Shown piece by piece: positions 30,963-39,945 of a stretch of DNA of 64,000 nucleotides (position 1 is its first letter; each line of letters begins with the position of its first letter). Location: positions 1,925 through 65,924 of the forward strand of contig JBKQNQ010000145.1 in NCBI GenBank assembly GCA_052145875.1, read 5' to 3'. The stretch is from Thiobacillaceae bacterium (lineage in GTDB: Bacteria; Pseudomonadota; Gammaproteobacteria; Burkholderiales; Thiobacillaceae). Below the pieces are notes generated by a model. It saw only the letters and a program-made list of their open reading frames with translations, ran no database searches and had not been told where the DNA came from. Both the position numbers and the translations under genes were made by a program.

Positions 30963-31286
30963 TCAGCGTTCCAGCAAATGCCGTTTGTCCTTAACCTTCG
31001 CCCACTCATCGGCATCCTCCGGCGGGGGCTTTCGTTCGATGATGGGTTTCCACTGTTTGGCCAGTTCCGCATTGATCGCGATGAAATCGCGCTGGTCCTT
31101 CGGCAGGTCATCTTCGGCAAAAATGGCCTCGGCCGGGCATTCCGGTACGCAAAGGGTGCAATCGATGCATTCGTCGGGATCGATGACCAGAAAGTTCGGC
31201 CCCTCCCTAAAGCAGTCAACCGGACAGACGTCCACACAATCGGTATATTTACACTTAATGCAGTTTTCTGTGACAACGTAGGTCAT
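30963..31286 (-). CDS. fdxA: 7Fe ferredoxin (FdxA type)
   Basis: 107 aa. [25 protein letters not shown]...[12 protein letters not shown] is the classic [3Fe-4S][4Fe-4S] ferredoxin I pattern. Confidence 0.93.
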   Translation of the reverse strand: MTYVVTENCIKCKYTDCVDVCPVDCFREGPNFLVIDPDECIDCTLCVPECPAEAIFAEDDLPKDQRDFIAINAELAKQWKPIIERKPPPEDADEWAKVKDKRHLLER

Positions 31287-31407
31287 GGCGAAGCTCGCTG
31301 GCTAGACAGATTGTTTATTCTACCTCATGCCGATAAATGCTTTGACGGGGGGGAAGGAACACCTACGCTTAAGATGAACGGTGACTGTTCTGATGAAAGG
31401 AGTAGCT

Positions 31408-31848
31408 ATGAGCACGACGTGGGTATTGGTTGCCAATGCAGCCCAAGCCAAGCTGTATACAAACCATGGGCCCAATAAGGGGCTTCACTTGGTGACTGAG
31501 TACGCGCACCCGGAAAGCAGGGAAAAAGGCCGGGAACTGGTCACTGATCGGCCGGGCCACAACCCTGGCCAGGGAAATGGCCATGGATCCTATGTGCCAC
31601 AAAAGGATCCCAAGCAAAACGCCGCGGAGCATTTCGCTCGGTATTTGGCGGGAATGCTGGATAAAAGTCGTTCGGAGGGTAACTATGAGCGCCTGATCGT
31701 CGCTGCATCCTCGCCGTTTATCGGTGTGTTAAAGCAGCACTTGACGGCGGGAGTTAGCAAACTGATTACGGCCAGCGTGGATCGGGATTACACCGGTGTG
31801 GGGGAACGAGAATTGCCCGGATTGCTGGCCAGTTACGCGGTACTTTAA
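31408..31848 (+). CDS. Host-attachment-family protein (Host_attach; eRF1-like fold family)
   Basis: 146 aa. TWVLVANAAQAKLY...LVTDRPGH...DPKQNAAEHFARYLA fits the Host_attach family. AAAGGAG Shine-Dalgarno upstream of ATG 31408. Confidence 0.8.
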   Translation: MSTTWVLVANAAQAKLYTNHGPNKGLHLVTEYAHPESREKGRELVTDRPGHNPGQGNGHGSYVPQKDPKQNAAEHFARYLAGMLDKSRSEGNYERLIVAASSPFIGVLKQHLTAGVSKLITASVDRDYTGVGERELPGLLASYAVL

Positions 31849-31885
31849 CACTTGCATCAGGGAGGTTCGTCCCCATTTGCGTTTC

Positions 31886-32695
31886 ATGTCTACTCAGTCC
31901 ATTCGATCCCCGGCCGTCGCTGGCCTGTTCTATGACAGTGACCCCCAGCGGCTGAGGGAAGGTCTCGGGTCACTGCTGGAGGCCGCGCCGGGTTTTGACA
32001 TCAAGGCCAAGGCGTTGTTGGTTCCCCATGCGGGCTATTGCTATTCCGGGCCAGTAGCCGCGACAGCATATCGCGCACTGCAAAACGTGGTTGACCGGGT
32101 CCGCCGGGTCATCCTGCTGGGACCCACACACCGGGTCGCCGTGCGTGGCATTGCGGTGCCAAGCGTTGCCGCGTTTGCGTCGCCTCTGGGCACCGTGTCA
32201 CTCGACCAGGCCGCCATCGCCCAGATCCTTGACCTTCCCCAAGTGGTGCAAAGCGACCGTCCCCACGAGAATGAGCATGCATTGGAAGTCCAGCTTCCGT
32301 TTCTGCAGTTCGTGCTCCGGGATTTCGAATTGGTGCCCCTGGCAGTCGGGTGGGCGAGCAGCGAAGACGTGGCTGAAGTGCTGGAGAGACTCTGGGGAAA
32401 GGAAGAGACCCTCGTTTTGGTGAGTTCTGACCTGTCCCACTACCATTCCGATGGCGACGCGAAACGGATTGACCGACGCACGGTTGAGCACATTCTCGCG
32501 ATGCAGGGGCACCTGGATCCTGAGCAGGCCTGCGGTGCCACACCGCTGAACGGGCTCCTGCGCGTCGCGCGGGCCCGGGGTATGACCTCACGCCTATTGG
32601 ATTTGCGCAATTCCGGTGATACCGCGGGCGACAAGAGCCAGGTGGTGGGTTACGCCGCGGTGGCGTTTTGTGAAGGGCCGGACGATGCCAGTTGA
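31886..32695 (+). CDS. amrB: AmmeMemoRadiSam system protein B (Memo-like)
   Basis: 269 aa. IRSPAVAGLFY N-terminus and His/Asp/Cys metal-site pattern (VPHAGYCYSG, EHALEVQLPF, SSDLSHY). Confidence 0.88.
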   Translation: MSTQSIRSPAVAGLFYDSDPQRLREGLGSLLEAAPGFDIKAKALLVPHAGYCYSGPVAATAYRALQNVVDRVRRVILLGPTHRVAVRGIAVPSVAAFASPLGTVSLDQAAIAQILDLPQVVQSDRPHENEHALEVQLPFLQFVLRDFELVPLAVGWASSEDVAEVLERLWGKEETLVLVSSDLSHYHSDGDAKRIDRRTVEHILAMQGHLDPEQACGATPLNGLLRVARARGMTSRLLDLRNSGDTAGDKSQVVGYAAVAFCEGPDDAS

Positions 32696-33254
32696 GCTGA
32701 GCGAAGCGATCGATGGCCACATTTTGCTGGCACTGGCCCGGACTGAAATTGCCGAGTTTTTGGGGATTGAGGCGAAAATCAAACCTAGGCGGGACGCGGG
32801 CTGGTTGAGAACACCGGGCGCGTGCTTTGTCACGCTGACTAAGCACGGGGAATTACGTGGCTGCATCGGCACGTTAGAAGCGCATCGCCCATTGATAGAA
32901 GATGTACGCGGAAATGCCCACGCCGCGGCTTTTCGCGACCCGCGTTTTGATCCCTTGCGGCAGGAAGAGTTTGCTGAAATCAGCGTGGGGATTTCGCTTC
33001 TTTCTCCGCCGGAGCCGTTACACGTCGAGACCGAAGGTGAGGCAGCGGCGATTTTGCGCCCGCATACGGATGGTGTGGTGCTGGAATATGGCTGGCGCCG
33101 TGCAACCTTTCTGCCTCAGGTGTGGCAGCAATTGCCCAGTCCGCGCCAGTTCTTGCAACAGCTTAAGCTCAAGGCGGGCTTGGCGGCGGATTTCTGGGCA
33201 GAGGATCTACGCGTTTTTCGTTATGCCGTGCAAAAGTGGGAAGAAGGAGTGTGA
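32685..33254 (+). CDS. amrA: AmmeMemoRadiSam system protein A (AMMECR1 domain)
   Basis: 189 aa. GACFVTLTKHGELRGCIGTLE is the AMMECR1 signature. The start overlaps the amrB end. Confidence 0.88.
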   Translation: MPVELSEAIDGHILLALARTEIAEFLGIEAKIKPRRDAGWLRTPGACFVTLTKHGELRGCIGTLEAHRPLIEDVRGNAHAAAFRDPRFDPLRQEEFAEISVGISLLSPPEPLHVETEGEAAAILRPHTDGVVLEYGWRRATFLPQVWQQLPSPRQFLQQLKLKAGLAADFWAEDLRVFRYAVQKWEEGV

Positions 33255-33257
33255 CAC

Positions 33258-34376
33258 ATGTTCCCCGGGGAAGATTCTTTCCATCCGCCTGTGCCCGAAT
33301 CCGCTTACCCGGGTCGCTGGTGGCACAGGCTTGATGATGGACGCATCCAGTGCGACTTGTGCCCGCGTGACTGCAAACTCCACGATGGGCAGCGTGGCGC
33401 CTGTTTTGTGCGCGAACGGCAAGGTGAGCAAATCGTCCTCACCACTTACGGCCGCTCCTCGGGCTTTTGCATAGACCCGATCGAGAAAAAGCCGCTCAAT
33501 CATTTTTATCCCGGCACCTCGATCCTGTCGTTTGGTACGGCGGGCTGCAACCTCGCGTGTAAGTTTTGTCAGAACTGGGATATCTCTAAATCCCGTGACA
33601 TGGACCGACTGATGGATTATGCCAGTCCCGAAGCGATAGCCCAGGCCGCTGCCGATTATGGGTGCAACAGTGTCGCATTCACTTACAACGATCCGGTGAT
33701 CTTTGCAGAGTACGCAATGGATGTCGCCGATGCTTGCCATGAACGCGGGATAAAGACGGTCGCCGTGACGGCAGGGTACATTCACAAGAGGCCCGCAGGC
33801 GATTTTTTTTCCAAGATGGATGCGGCCAATGTCGATCTGAAGGCGTTCACGGATGGCTTCTACTTTAAACTCGCCGGCGCGCATTTGCAGCCGGTGTTAG
33901 ATACCCTGGTGTATCTCAAGCACGGAACCGGGGTCTGGTTCGAAATTACCACGCTGCTCATTCCAGGCCACAATGACTCCGATGAGGAGGTCAGCGCCAT
34001 GAGTCGATGGATCATGAGCGAACTGGGACCCGATGTTCCGTTGCATTTCACGGCCTTCCACCCGGATTACAAGTTGGCAGAGATTGCGCCCACCCCTCCA
34101 GCGACGCTCGCGCGGGCCCGGAGGATCGCTCGGGATGTGGGACTGAACTATGTCTACACCGGTAACGTGAGCGATACGGCGGGCGGAACGACCTACTGTC
34201 CGTCATGCCGCAAGCCCGTAATTGTGAGGGACTGGCATGAGATCCTCTCATATCGGCTGACTGAAAACGCTCACTGCCCTGCTTGCGGAACCCCGATTGC
34301 GGGGCGGTTTGGCGCGGCGGCCGGCGATTTCGGGCCGCGCCGCATTCCAATCAGGATTCGCCCTGCCATATCTTGA
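33258..34376 (+). CDS. amrS: AmmeMemoRadiSam system radical SAM enzyme
   Basis: 372 aa. CNLACKFCQNW radical-SAM cluster motif, an N-terminal Cys-rich segment (CDLCPRDC) and a C-terminal CPSC...CPAC. GAAGGAG Shine-Dalgarno. Confidence 0.9.
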   Translation: MFPGEDSFHPPVPESAYPGRWWHRLDDGRIQCDLCPRDCKLHDGQRGACFVRERQGEQIVLTTYGRSSGFCIDPIEKKPLNHFYPGTSILSFGTAGCNLACKFCQNWDISKSRDMDRLMDYASPEAIAQAAADYGCNSVAFTYNDPVIFAEYAMDVADACHERGIKTVAVTAGYIHKRPAGDFFSKMDAANVDLKAFTDGFYFKLAGAHLQPVLDTLVYLKHGTGVWFEITTLLIPGHNDSDEEVSAMSRWIMSELGPDVPLHFTAFHPDYKLAEIAPTPPATLARARRIARDVGLNYVYTGNVSDTAGGTTYCPSCRKPVIVRDWHEILSYRLTENAHCPACGTPIAGRFGAAAGDFGPRRIPIRIRPAIS

Positions 34377-34643
34377 AGCGTTGGCCCGCCGAACCAGCGG
34401 GCCGGTCGTGGGGCACGAATCCCCGTCCCCCAGTGATCGCATCCCTGGGCATTTCCCGTTGCCCGCCGGGTCACTTGAATTGTTCATATGCGGCGACTAT
34501 GATGCTTCCTAGCGTTACTGCTCGTTCGTGACGCTCGCGTCCTGTCTCGGTGAAGCTGCCTTACGTGTGATCGTTGCCCCCGTTTGCGGGGTCGGGGATT
34601 CGGTGTGTTCAGTCAATGCCTCTCAACAGAAGGAGTGGAAATC

Positions 34644-35090
34644 GTGCACCTGCCTTTTCGAAGTAACTTCTACCGTGCGCTTGCGGCCCTATGCCTGCTG
34701 GTGGCAGGCCTCACCGGCTATGCCGAAACCGCATCCGCGTCAGCCCCGGATCCCAGGATCTATGGGGCATGGATGCTGGTCGATGCCGAGCATGTTGAAA
34801 ACCGGGGCATGTGGTCTTTCTTTTCGCCCGACGGCAACTTTTTCATGGTTGACCCTAAAACGCAGCTGGGTATGGTCGGTAACTGGTCGATGGGTCGCGC
34901 CGGACTGTTGGTGAATATTATGGGCAATAACCAGTGGGGGAAACTGTGGGATGCGGATGTATCGTTTCAGGACGATAATCATATGGTTCTGGATGTGAAG
35001 GAGAGCCAGTTTTCTCCCCCGCATCGCGTCATCTTGCAGAGAATCAAATTCTCCCTGCCGCGATCCGTTATGCCTCCCGTTGATAAATAG
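34644..35090 (+). CDS. Hypothetical secreted protein
   Basis: GTG 34644 is preceded by AGGAG at 8-nt spacing. Signal peptide ALAALCLLVAGLTGYAETASA. No family recognised. Confidence 0.6.
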   Translation: MHLPFRSNFYRALAALCLLVAGLTGYAETASASAPDPRIYGAWMLVDAEHVENRGMWSFFSPDGNFFMVDPKTQLGMVGNWSMGRAGLLVNIMGNNQWGKLWDADVSFQDDNHMVLDVKESQFSPPHRVILQRIKFSLPRSVMPPVDK

Positions 35091-35598
35091 CGAGGGGCGC
35101 GATTCCGAATTGACCGCTTGAAGGACGCGATCTTTGCTTTTTGCCTCGGGCTTGCGTCGCAGCGGACGCAGCGTAGCAGACGCGAGCCCCCTTTACTGCC
35201 CTGCATCACACCGGTTTTACTTTCCAGCGCAACGTGCCGCAAACCTGCGCGGCTTGATCAGCGCCTGGTTTAGTGGGTGTTGATGTTTTTCCAACCCCAG
35301 CTCGTGGGGTCGCGCGTACAGGGGTCAGCTGCGTGCAAGGGCTGGCGCGGGTATTCAAAAATGTCTCAAGTGCTGGCGAGAACGCTCGTCTGGCTGAGGC
35401 GCAGTCGCTCCATCCCTGGAGCCCGCCTCGGTACGAGCGTGCGCGCGGCCGTCGGATTGAGGCCATGACGTGCGACGCCACTGACAACGGGGAGGCTGAG
35501 CGTGGGTGAGCGGCGCCGGCGCTTTGGGCCACTCTAGGGGGCAAGTAGATTGTTTGGACTACTCCACCAGGAGTGTGAGCGCCCACTCCGATCCCGCT

Positions 35599-36219
35599 TT
35601 AATCGGCCAATATCAAGGCGACTTCCGCGTCGCTGACCTGAGGAAACGTCTGATAAAACTGGCCGACCGCTTGAAAGTTTCGAGGGGTCTCCAAACACAC
35701 CACCTCGTCACAATAGGCTTCGACCCGCTCCACGGCATCCGCGGGGGCGACCGGAACCGCGCAGACGAGACGCGACGGCCCTTTGGCGCGCAAGGCGCGC
35801 AATGCAGCGATCATCGTGCTTCCAGTAGCCAAGCCATCGTCCACGACGATCACGATGCGCCCGGCGGGGTCACGTGGGGCACGAATCGGTGTATACTCGC
35901 GTCGCCGTTGCCGCAGGACTTCAAGTTGGCGGGCCTTTTCTTCCGCTAGGTACGCGGCGGTGCCTCCGTGACGAGCCGCGTCTTTGCCCACATAGAGGCA
36001 ACCGGATTCGTCCACCGCGCCCAGCGCAAATTCCGTGTTAAATGGAGAAGAGAGCTTCCGCACCAGCACGACGTCCAGATCGCCGTTCAGGTTTTTCGCG
36101 ATATGCCGCGCCATCGGCACGGCCCCACGGGGGATACCCAGCACCAGCGGTTTTTTCCCGTGATACTGGATGAGGGCTTGGGAAAGCCGTTCAGCGGCGT
36201 CGAGGCGGTTCTTGAACAT
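35599..36219 (-). CDS. Phosphoribosyltransferase-family protein
   Basis: 206 aa with PRPP-binding motif IVIVVDDGLATGSTM. Confidence 0.85.
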   Translation of the reverse strand: MFKNRLDAAERLSQALIQYHGKKPLVLGIPRGAVPMARHIAKNLNGDLDVVLVRKLSSPFNTEFALGAVDESGCLYVGKDAARHGGTAAYLAEEKARQLEVLRQRRREYTPIRAPRDPAGRIVIVVDDGLATGSTMIAALRALRAKGPSRLVCAVPVAPADAVERVEAYCDEVVCLETPRNFQAVGQFYQTFPQVSDAEVALILAD

Positions 36220-36421
36220 GAGGACCCTCTTGTAATCAGCCCTAGCCTAGACTAGGATTTATGCCATTGCTTCTTTATTGACGAATTGTCGGCCATTTTT
36301 GTTTTGCGATCGTTGGCTGCAAAGACACAATCTTCTTTCCACACCGATTTACAGATCTGCAGGCCCGAACGCTTTTAGGGAATCGCTTTTGAGCCCCAGC
36401 CTGCTCCACCATGAGAACACC

Positions 36422-36748
36422 ATGAGCGAACACATACACTATGTATCCGATGCGACCTTCGAGCAGGAGGTGCTGCAGGCCGGCCTGCCCGTGCTGGTTG
36501 ACTACTGGGCCGACTGGTGCGGTCCGTGCAAGATGATTTCACCCGTATTAGATGAGGTTGCGCGCGAATATGCCGGCCGCATCAAAGTGTGCAAGCTCAA
36601 CATCGACGAGAATCAGGCAACCCCCCCCAAGTTCGGCATTCGGGGCATTCCCACCCTAATGATTTTTAAGAATGGCAATGTCGAAGCCACCAAGGTTGGT
36701 GCCTTGTCCAAGTCCCAGCTCACCGCTTTTGTTGACAGCAACATCTAA
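36422..36748 (+). CDS. trxA: Thioredoxin
   Basis: 108 aa with [10 protein letters not shown] active site. Start at ATG 36422 inside the longer track ORF. Confidence 0.96.
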   Translation: MSEHIHYVSDATFEQEVLQAGLPVLVDYWADWCGPCKMISPVLDEVAREYAGRIKVCKLNIDENQATPPKFGIRGIPTLMIFKNGNVEATKVGALSKSQLTAFVDSNI

Positions 36749-36778
36749 GCCCGCTAACCTGAAAACATAACTAACGTT

Positions 36779-36829
36779 GCCGGGGTTCTGACCGCCCCAC
36801 CGAGGGCGGTACCCGGCAGGCCGTTTTTT
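36779..36829 (+). terminator. Stem-loop plus T6 between trxA and rho (terminator or rho-leader attenuator)
   Basis: GCCGGG...ACCGCCC-CACCGA-GGGCGGT-ACCCGGC nested stem, then AGGCCG and TTTTTT. The T-run is 6 nt from the stem base, so the geometry is imperfect. Confidence 0.45.
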
Positions 36830-36874
36830 CAAATCTAACCTCTTCTCGCCTATCCGGCCCCACAGGTTAATTCC

Positions 36875-38137
36875 ATGCGCCTTTCCGAAATCAAACAACA
36901 CCCTGTAACCCAGCTGGTCGATATGGCCTTGAGCAACGGCATTGAAAATGCCAACCGGATGCGAAAGCAGGAGCTCATTTTCGCCTTGCTCAAGAACCAT
37001 GCGAAAAAGGGGGAGAGCATCTACGGCGGTGGCGTACTGGAAGTCCTCCCGGATGGCTACGGCTTTCTACGATCCCCTGATACCTCTTACTTGGCGAATC
37101 CCGATGACATTTACGTGAGTCCCAGCCAGATTCGCCGTTTTCACTTGCATTCCGGGGATACCGTAGACGGTGAAATTCGCACCCCAAAGGATGGCGAACG
37201 CTATTTCGCCATGACCAAGCTGGATACCGTCAATGGCGAGTCACCTGAAAACACCAAGGACAAGATACTGTTCGAAAACTTGACGCCGCTGCACCCGGAC
37301 AAGCCCCTTAAGCTGGAGCGTGACATTCGGGCCGAGGAAAACACCACCAGCCGCATCATCGACATTATTGCACCCATCGGAAAGGGTCAGCGAGGTTTGA
37401 TCGTGTCACCGCCCAAATCTGGCAAGACCATCATGTTGCAGCATATGGCTCATGCGATCACCGCCAACCACCCGGATATTGTGCTTATCGTCCTGCTGAT
37501 CGATGAGCGGCCGGAAGAAGTGACGGAGATGTCCCGCACGGTGCGCGGCGAAGTCGTCGCCTCGACGTTTGATGAACCCGCGTCGCGGCATGTGCAGGTC
37601 GCTGAAATGGTTATTGAAAAGGCCAAGCGTCTGGTCGAGCATAAAAAGGACGTCGTCATTCTGCTCGATTCGATCACTCGGCTTGCACGGGCCTACAATA
37701 CCGTGCAGCCCGCATCGGGCAAGGTGCTAACCGGTGGTGTCGATGCCAATGCCCTGCAAAAGCCTAAACGCTTCTTCGGTGCAGCACGAAACATTGAGGA
37801 AGGTGGCAGCCTTACAATTCTGGCCACCGCGCTTATTGAAACCGGCTCCCGGATGGATGACGTGATCTACGAAGAGTTCAAGGGCACGGGCAACATGGAG
37901 ATTCACCTCGACCGCCGCATGGCGGAGAAGCGGACCTACCCGGCCATCAACGTAAACCGCTCCGGCACGCGACGCGAAGAGTTGCTTATGGAGCACAGTA
38001 TCTTGCAAAAGGTGTGGGTGCTGCGCAAATTGCTGTATCCGATGGATGACTTGGAAGCAATGGAGTTCTTGCTGGACAAGGTTCGCGCGACAAAGAACAA
38101 CGAAGAATTTTTCAACGCCATGAAGACTGGACGTTAA
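36875..38137 (+). CDS. rho: Transcription termination factor Rho
   Basis: 420 aa with an N-terminal RNA-binding domain, Walker A PPKSGKT, and highly conserved sequence. Confidence 0.98.
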   Translation: MRLSEIKQHPVTQLVDMALSNGIENANRMRKQELIFALLKNHAKKGESIYGGGVLEVLPDGYGFLRSPDTSYLANPDDIYVSPSQIRRFHLHSGDTVDGEIRTPKDGERYFAMTKLDTVNGESPENTKDKILFENLTPLHPDKPLKLERDIRAEENTTSRIIDIIAPIGKGQRGLIVSPPKSGKTIMLQHMAHAITANHPDIVLIVLLIDERPEEVTEMSRTVRGEVVASTFDEPASRHVQVAEMVIEKAKRLVEHKKDVVILLDSITRLARAYNTVQPASGKVLTGGVDANALQKPKRFFGAARNIEEGGSLTILATALIETGSRMDDVIYEEFKGTGNMEIHLDRRMAEKRTYPAINVNRSGTRREELLMEHSILQKVWVLRKLLYPMDDLEAMEFLLDKVRATKNNEEFFNAMKTGR

Positions 38138-38400
38138 GCAGCGCGATGCTGCGCGAACGAGTGAAGCCTCAAGTGGCTCTGCGGGCGAGCCTGCTGTTGA
38201 ACTGTAGCGCGTACGTTAGAGCCCGTCGACAGGTCCAAATTCGCAGGCATCCCGCGCTCGCGTCTGTTTTCCGGCGAGGTTTATCGGTTCGTCTGCGCGC
38301 GGGGGGCCATGATCGGTTACCTTCAATTTGAAGCAACGAATCCTTTTGCATACCCCTTCGGTTACATTATTTGTGAGGCAACTCGGAAGCTCGTTCGTTC

Positions 38401-38429
38401 TTGCGTTTGAACAATTAATTAGGGATAAT
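38401..38429 (+). promoter_or_regulatory. Putative sigma-70 promoter of rpmE (TTGCGT-17 nt-GATAAT)
   Basis: Hexamers and the 17-nt spacer read from the sequence, about 47 nt upstream of ATG 38476. Confidence 0.4.
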
Positions 38430-38475
38430 GTCCGCCTCCCGCGTACTCGCCGCGGCATCTATCAAGGACGAAAGC

Positions 38476-38682
38476 ATGAAAGCTGGAATTCATCCCGTGT
38501 ACACCGAGATCGGCGTCACCTGCTCCTGCGGCAGCACGTTCAAGACTCGCTCCACTTTGGGCAAGCCGCTGCACATCGAGGTATGCTCACAGTGCCACCC
38601 GTTTTACACGGGCAAACAGAAGATTGTCGATACCGCCGGCCGTGTGGAGAAGTTCCGCCAGCGTTATGGGATAAAGACGTAG
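38476..38682 (+). CDS. rpmE: 50S ribosomal protein L31 (Zn-binding type)
   Basis: 68 aa. [19 protein letters not shown]...[13 protein letters not shown] is the classic L31 sequence with both CxxC pairs. Confidence 0.95.
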   Translation: MKAGIHPVYTEIGVTCSCGSTFKTRSTLGKPLHIEVCSQCHPFYTGKQKIVDTAGRVEKFRQRYGIKT

Positions 38683-38701
38683 ACTGCCTGCTAACCCACA
38701 G

Positions 38702-38729
38702 AAAAAGCGGCCTCGGCCGCTTTCTTTTT
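38702..38729 (+). terminator. Intrinsic terminator of rpmE
   Basis: AAAAA-GCGGC-CUCG-GCCGC-TTTCTTTTT, a GC stem with a tetraloop flanked by an A-run and a T-run. Confidence 0.75.
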
Positions 38730-38730
38730 G

Positions 38731-39123
38731 GTGCGCTCGGCAGGGTGCACTCACTTGGAGGCGAAAGTCCTCCACCTGCGCTGCATTCTATGGCGCCAGT
38801 GGAAGCGCCCTTATATTCGCGCCGTGCACCAAATGCGGGCGGGCCTGACCGAAGCCCCGGGGTGCGCTCGGCCACCAACCAACGTGGGCCGTGGTGGAAT
38901 AGTGGCGCAAGCCACATGAACCAGGCTTTCCCGAAGTCTTGCTTTGATCGTTTGGGTTTGGTGTCGCTGCTTGATACGTCGCGACGACTCCAGAGTGTTC
39001 AATGAACCGCCCGATGCGGAGCCGCACGTCCGGTGGTAATGGGAGGAAGGCAGGGGTGACTCTGCCTCCTACCCGATCGCCAATGGGCGCGGCGCTTCAT
39101 TCCGTTGCGGCCGTGCGGGGCGC
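38731..39123. other. ORF-free, hairpin-rich interval; candidate structured RNA or decayed sequence
   Basis: No protein-like ORF on either strand. Nested helices are listed in the findings. Strand and function are unknown. Confidence 0.3.
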
Positions 39124-39945
39124 TCACTTTATTGCGGAAAAAACGGCGTAACTGAAATACTCGCTATTTCTTGAAAAATGTTTCCAGAGTTCTGCCATCC
39201 GAACCAAGGTTCCGCGGCGACGAAAAACATTTTGAGCGATACGCACGCTATTTGACCAACCTTCATTACACACTAGGCCCTTGAGGCTCAGCAGGCGTAC
39301 CGGATGTTCCGCCGCATGGATGGTCGCGAAATTTGCGTCGCGCAATGCCCCGACCCAACCTTCCAAGGAGTGGAAATTCAGCGTGTCGCAGCGGCAAATC
39401 GTGGCCGTTGCCTCGCGCACAGCAGCCGGCGGAAGTTGTCTCCAGCAGCATTCCAAGCCGACGAACACCCCTTGCTCCCGCAGTACGCGACGTACTTCCG
39501 ACAAGGCTTGCTGATGCGACAAGAACGTCAGAACAGCTTCGCACACGACTGCATCGAACATCGCATCGCGAAACCGAAGATCGTTGACATCTCCAACTTC
39601 GCACCGGACCCAATCCCCCAGCCCGAGTTGTTTTACGAGTCCTTGTGCGGCGTTTACCGCGCGAGGGGAAATGTCGATGGACGTAACCTTGCAGCGGTAT
39701 TGTTGGGCGATTTGGCAGGCGGTCTGCCCGAATCCCCCGCCAATTTCGAGAATATGCAGATTTGGGCGCGGCTGGATGCGATCTATTACCTGCTCGCGGC
39801 CGGTCAGTCCTCCGGGATTTAGGACGCGCTTGCCCATGTAGGCCAAGAAATCGTAAACGCTTAGTTTGGACACACTGTCTGGCGACAGTTGCGCCCAATT
39901 CATGAACGCCGCTGCACGTGCTGAATCGTCCGGTAAGTTCGACAT
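39124..39945 (-). CDS. Class I SAM-dependent methyltransferase
   Basis: 273 aa from ATG 39945 (the track start 39954 is a TTG). Motif I LEIGGGFGQTA. The substrate cannot be inferred. Confidence 0.8.
   Translation of the reverse strand: MSNLPDDSARAAAFMNWAQLSPDSVSKLSVYDFLAYMGKRVLNPGGLTGREQVIDRIQPRPNLHILEIGGGFGQTACQIAQQYRCKVTSIDISPRAVNAAQGLVKQLGLGDWVRCEVGDVNDLRFRDAMFDAVVCEAVLTFLSHQQALSEVRRVLREQGVFVGLECCWRQLPPAAVREATATICRCDTLNFHSLEGWVGALRDANFATIHAAEHPVRLLSLKGLVCNEGWSNSVRIAQNVFRRRGTLVRMAELWKHFSRNSEYFSYAVFSAIK

Noticed and set aside
38731-38760. Group II intron 5' end. The element starts GTGCGCTCGGCAGGGTG, which resembles the GUGYG...GGGUG starts of bacterial group II introns.
   Set aside because: I could not find a domain V hairpin (AGC...GNRA...) or a domain VI. 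There is no reverse-transcriptase ORF, and the element is too short (about 390 nt). At most it is a fragment, and the similarity may be chance.
38757-39060. RNase P-like GAAAGUCC (38763-38770) and SRP-like GUCCGG...GGAAGGCAG (about 39028-39054) words.
   Set aside because: The surrounding conserved regions are absent: the RNase P CR-I GAGGAAAGUCCGGGC with CR-IV/V, and the SRP GGAA tetraloop with its symmetric loop. Only short words match.
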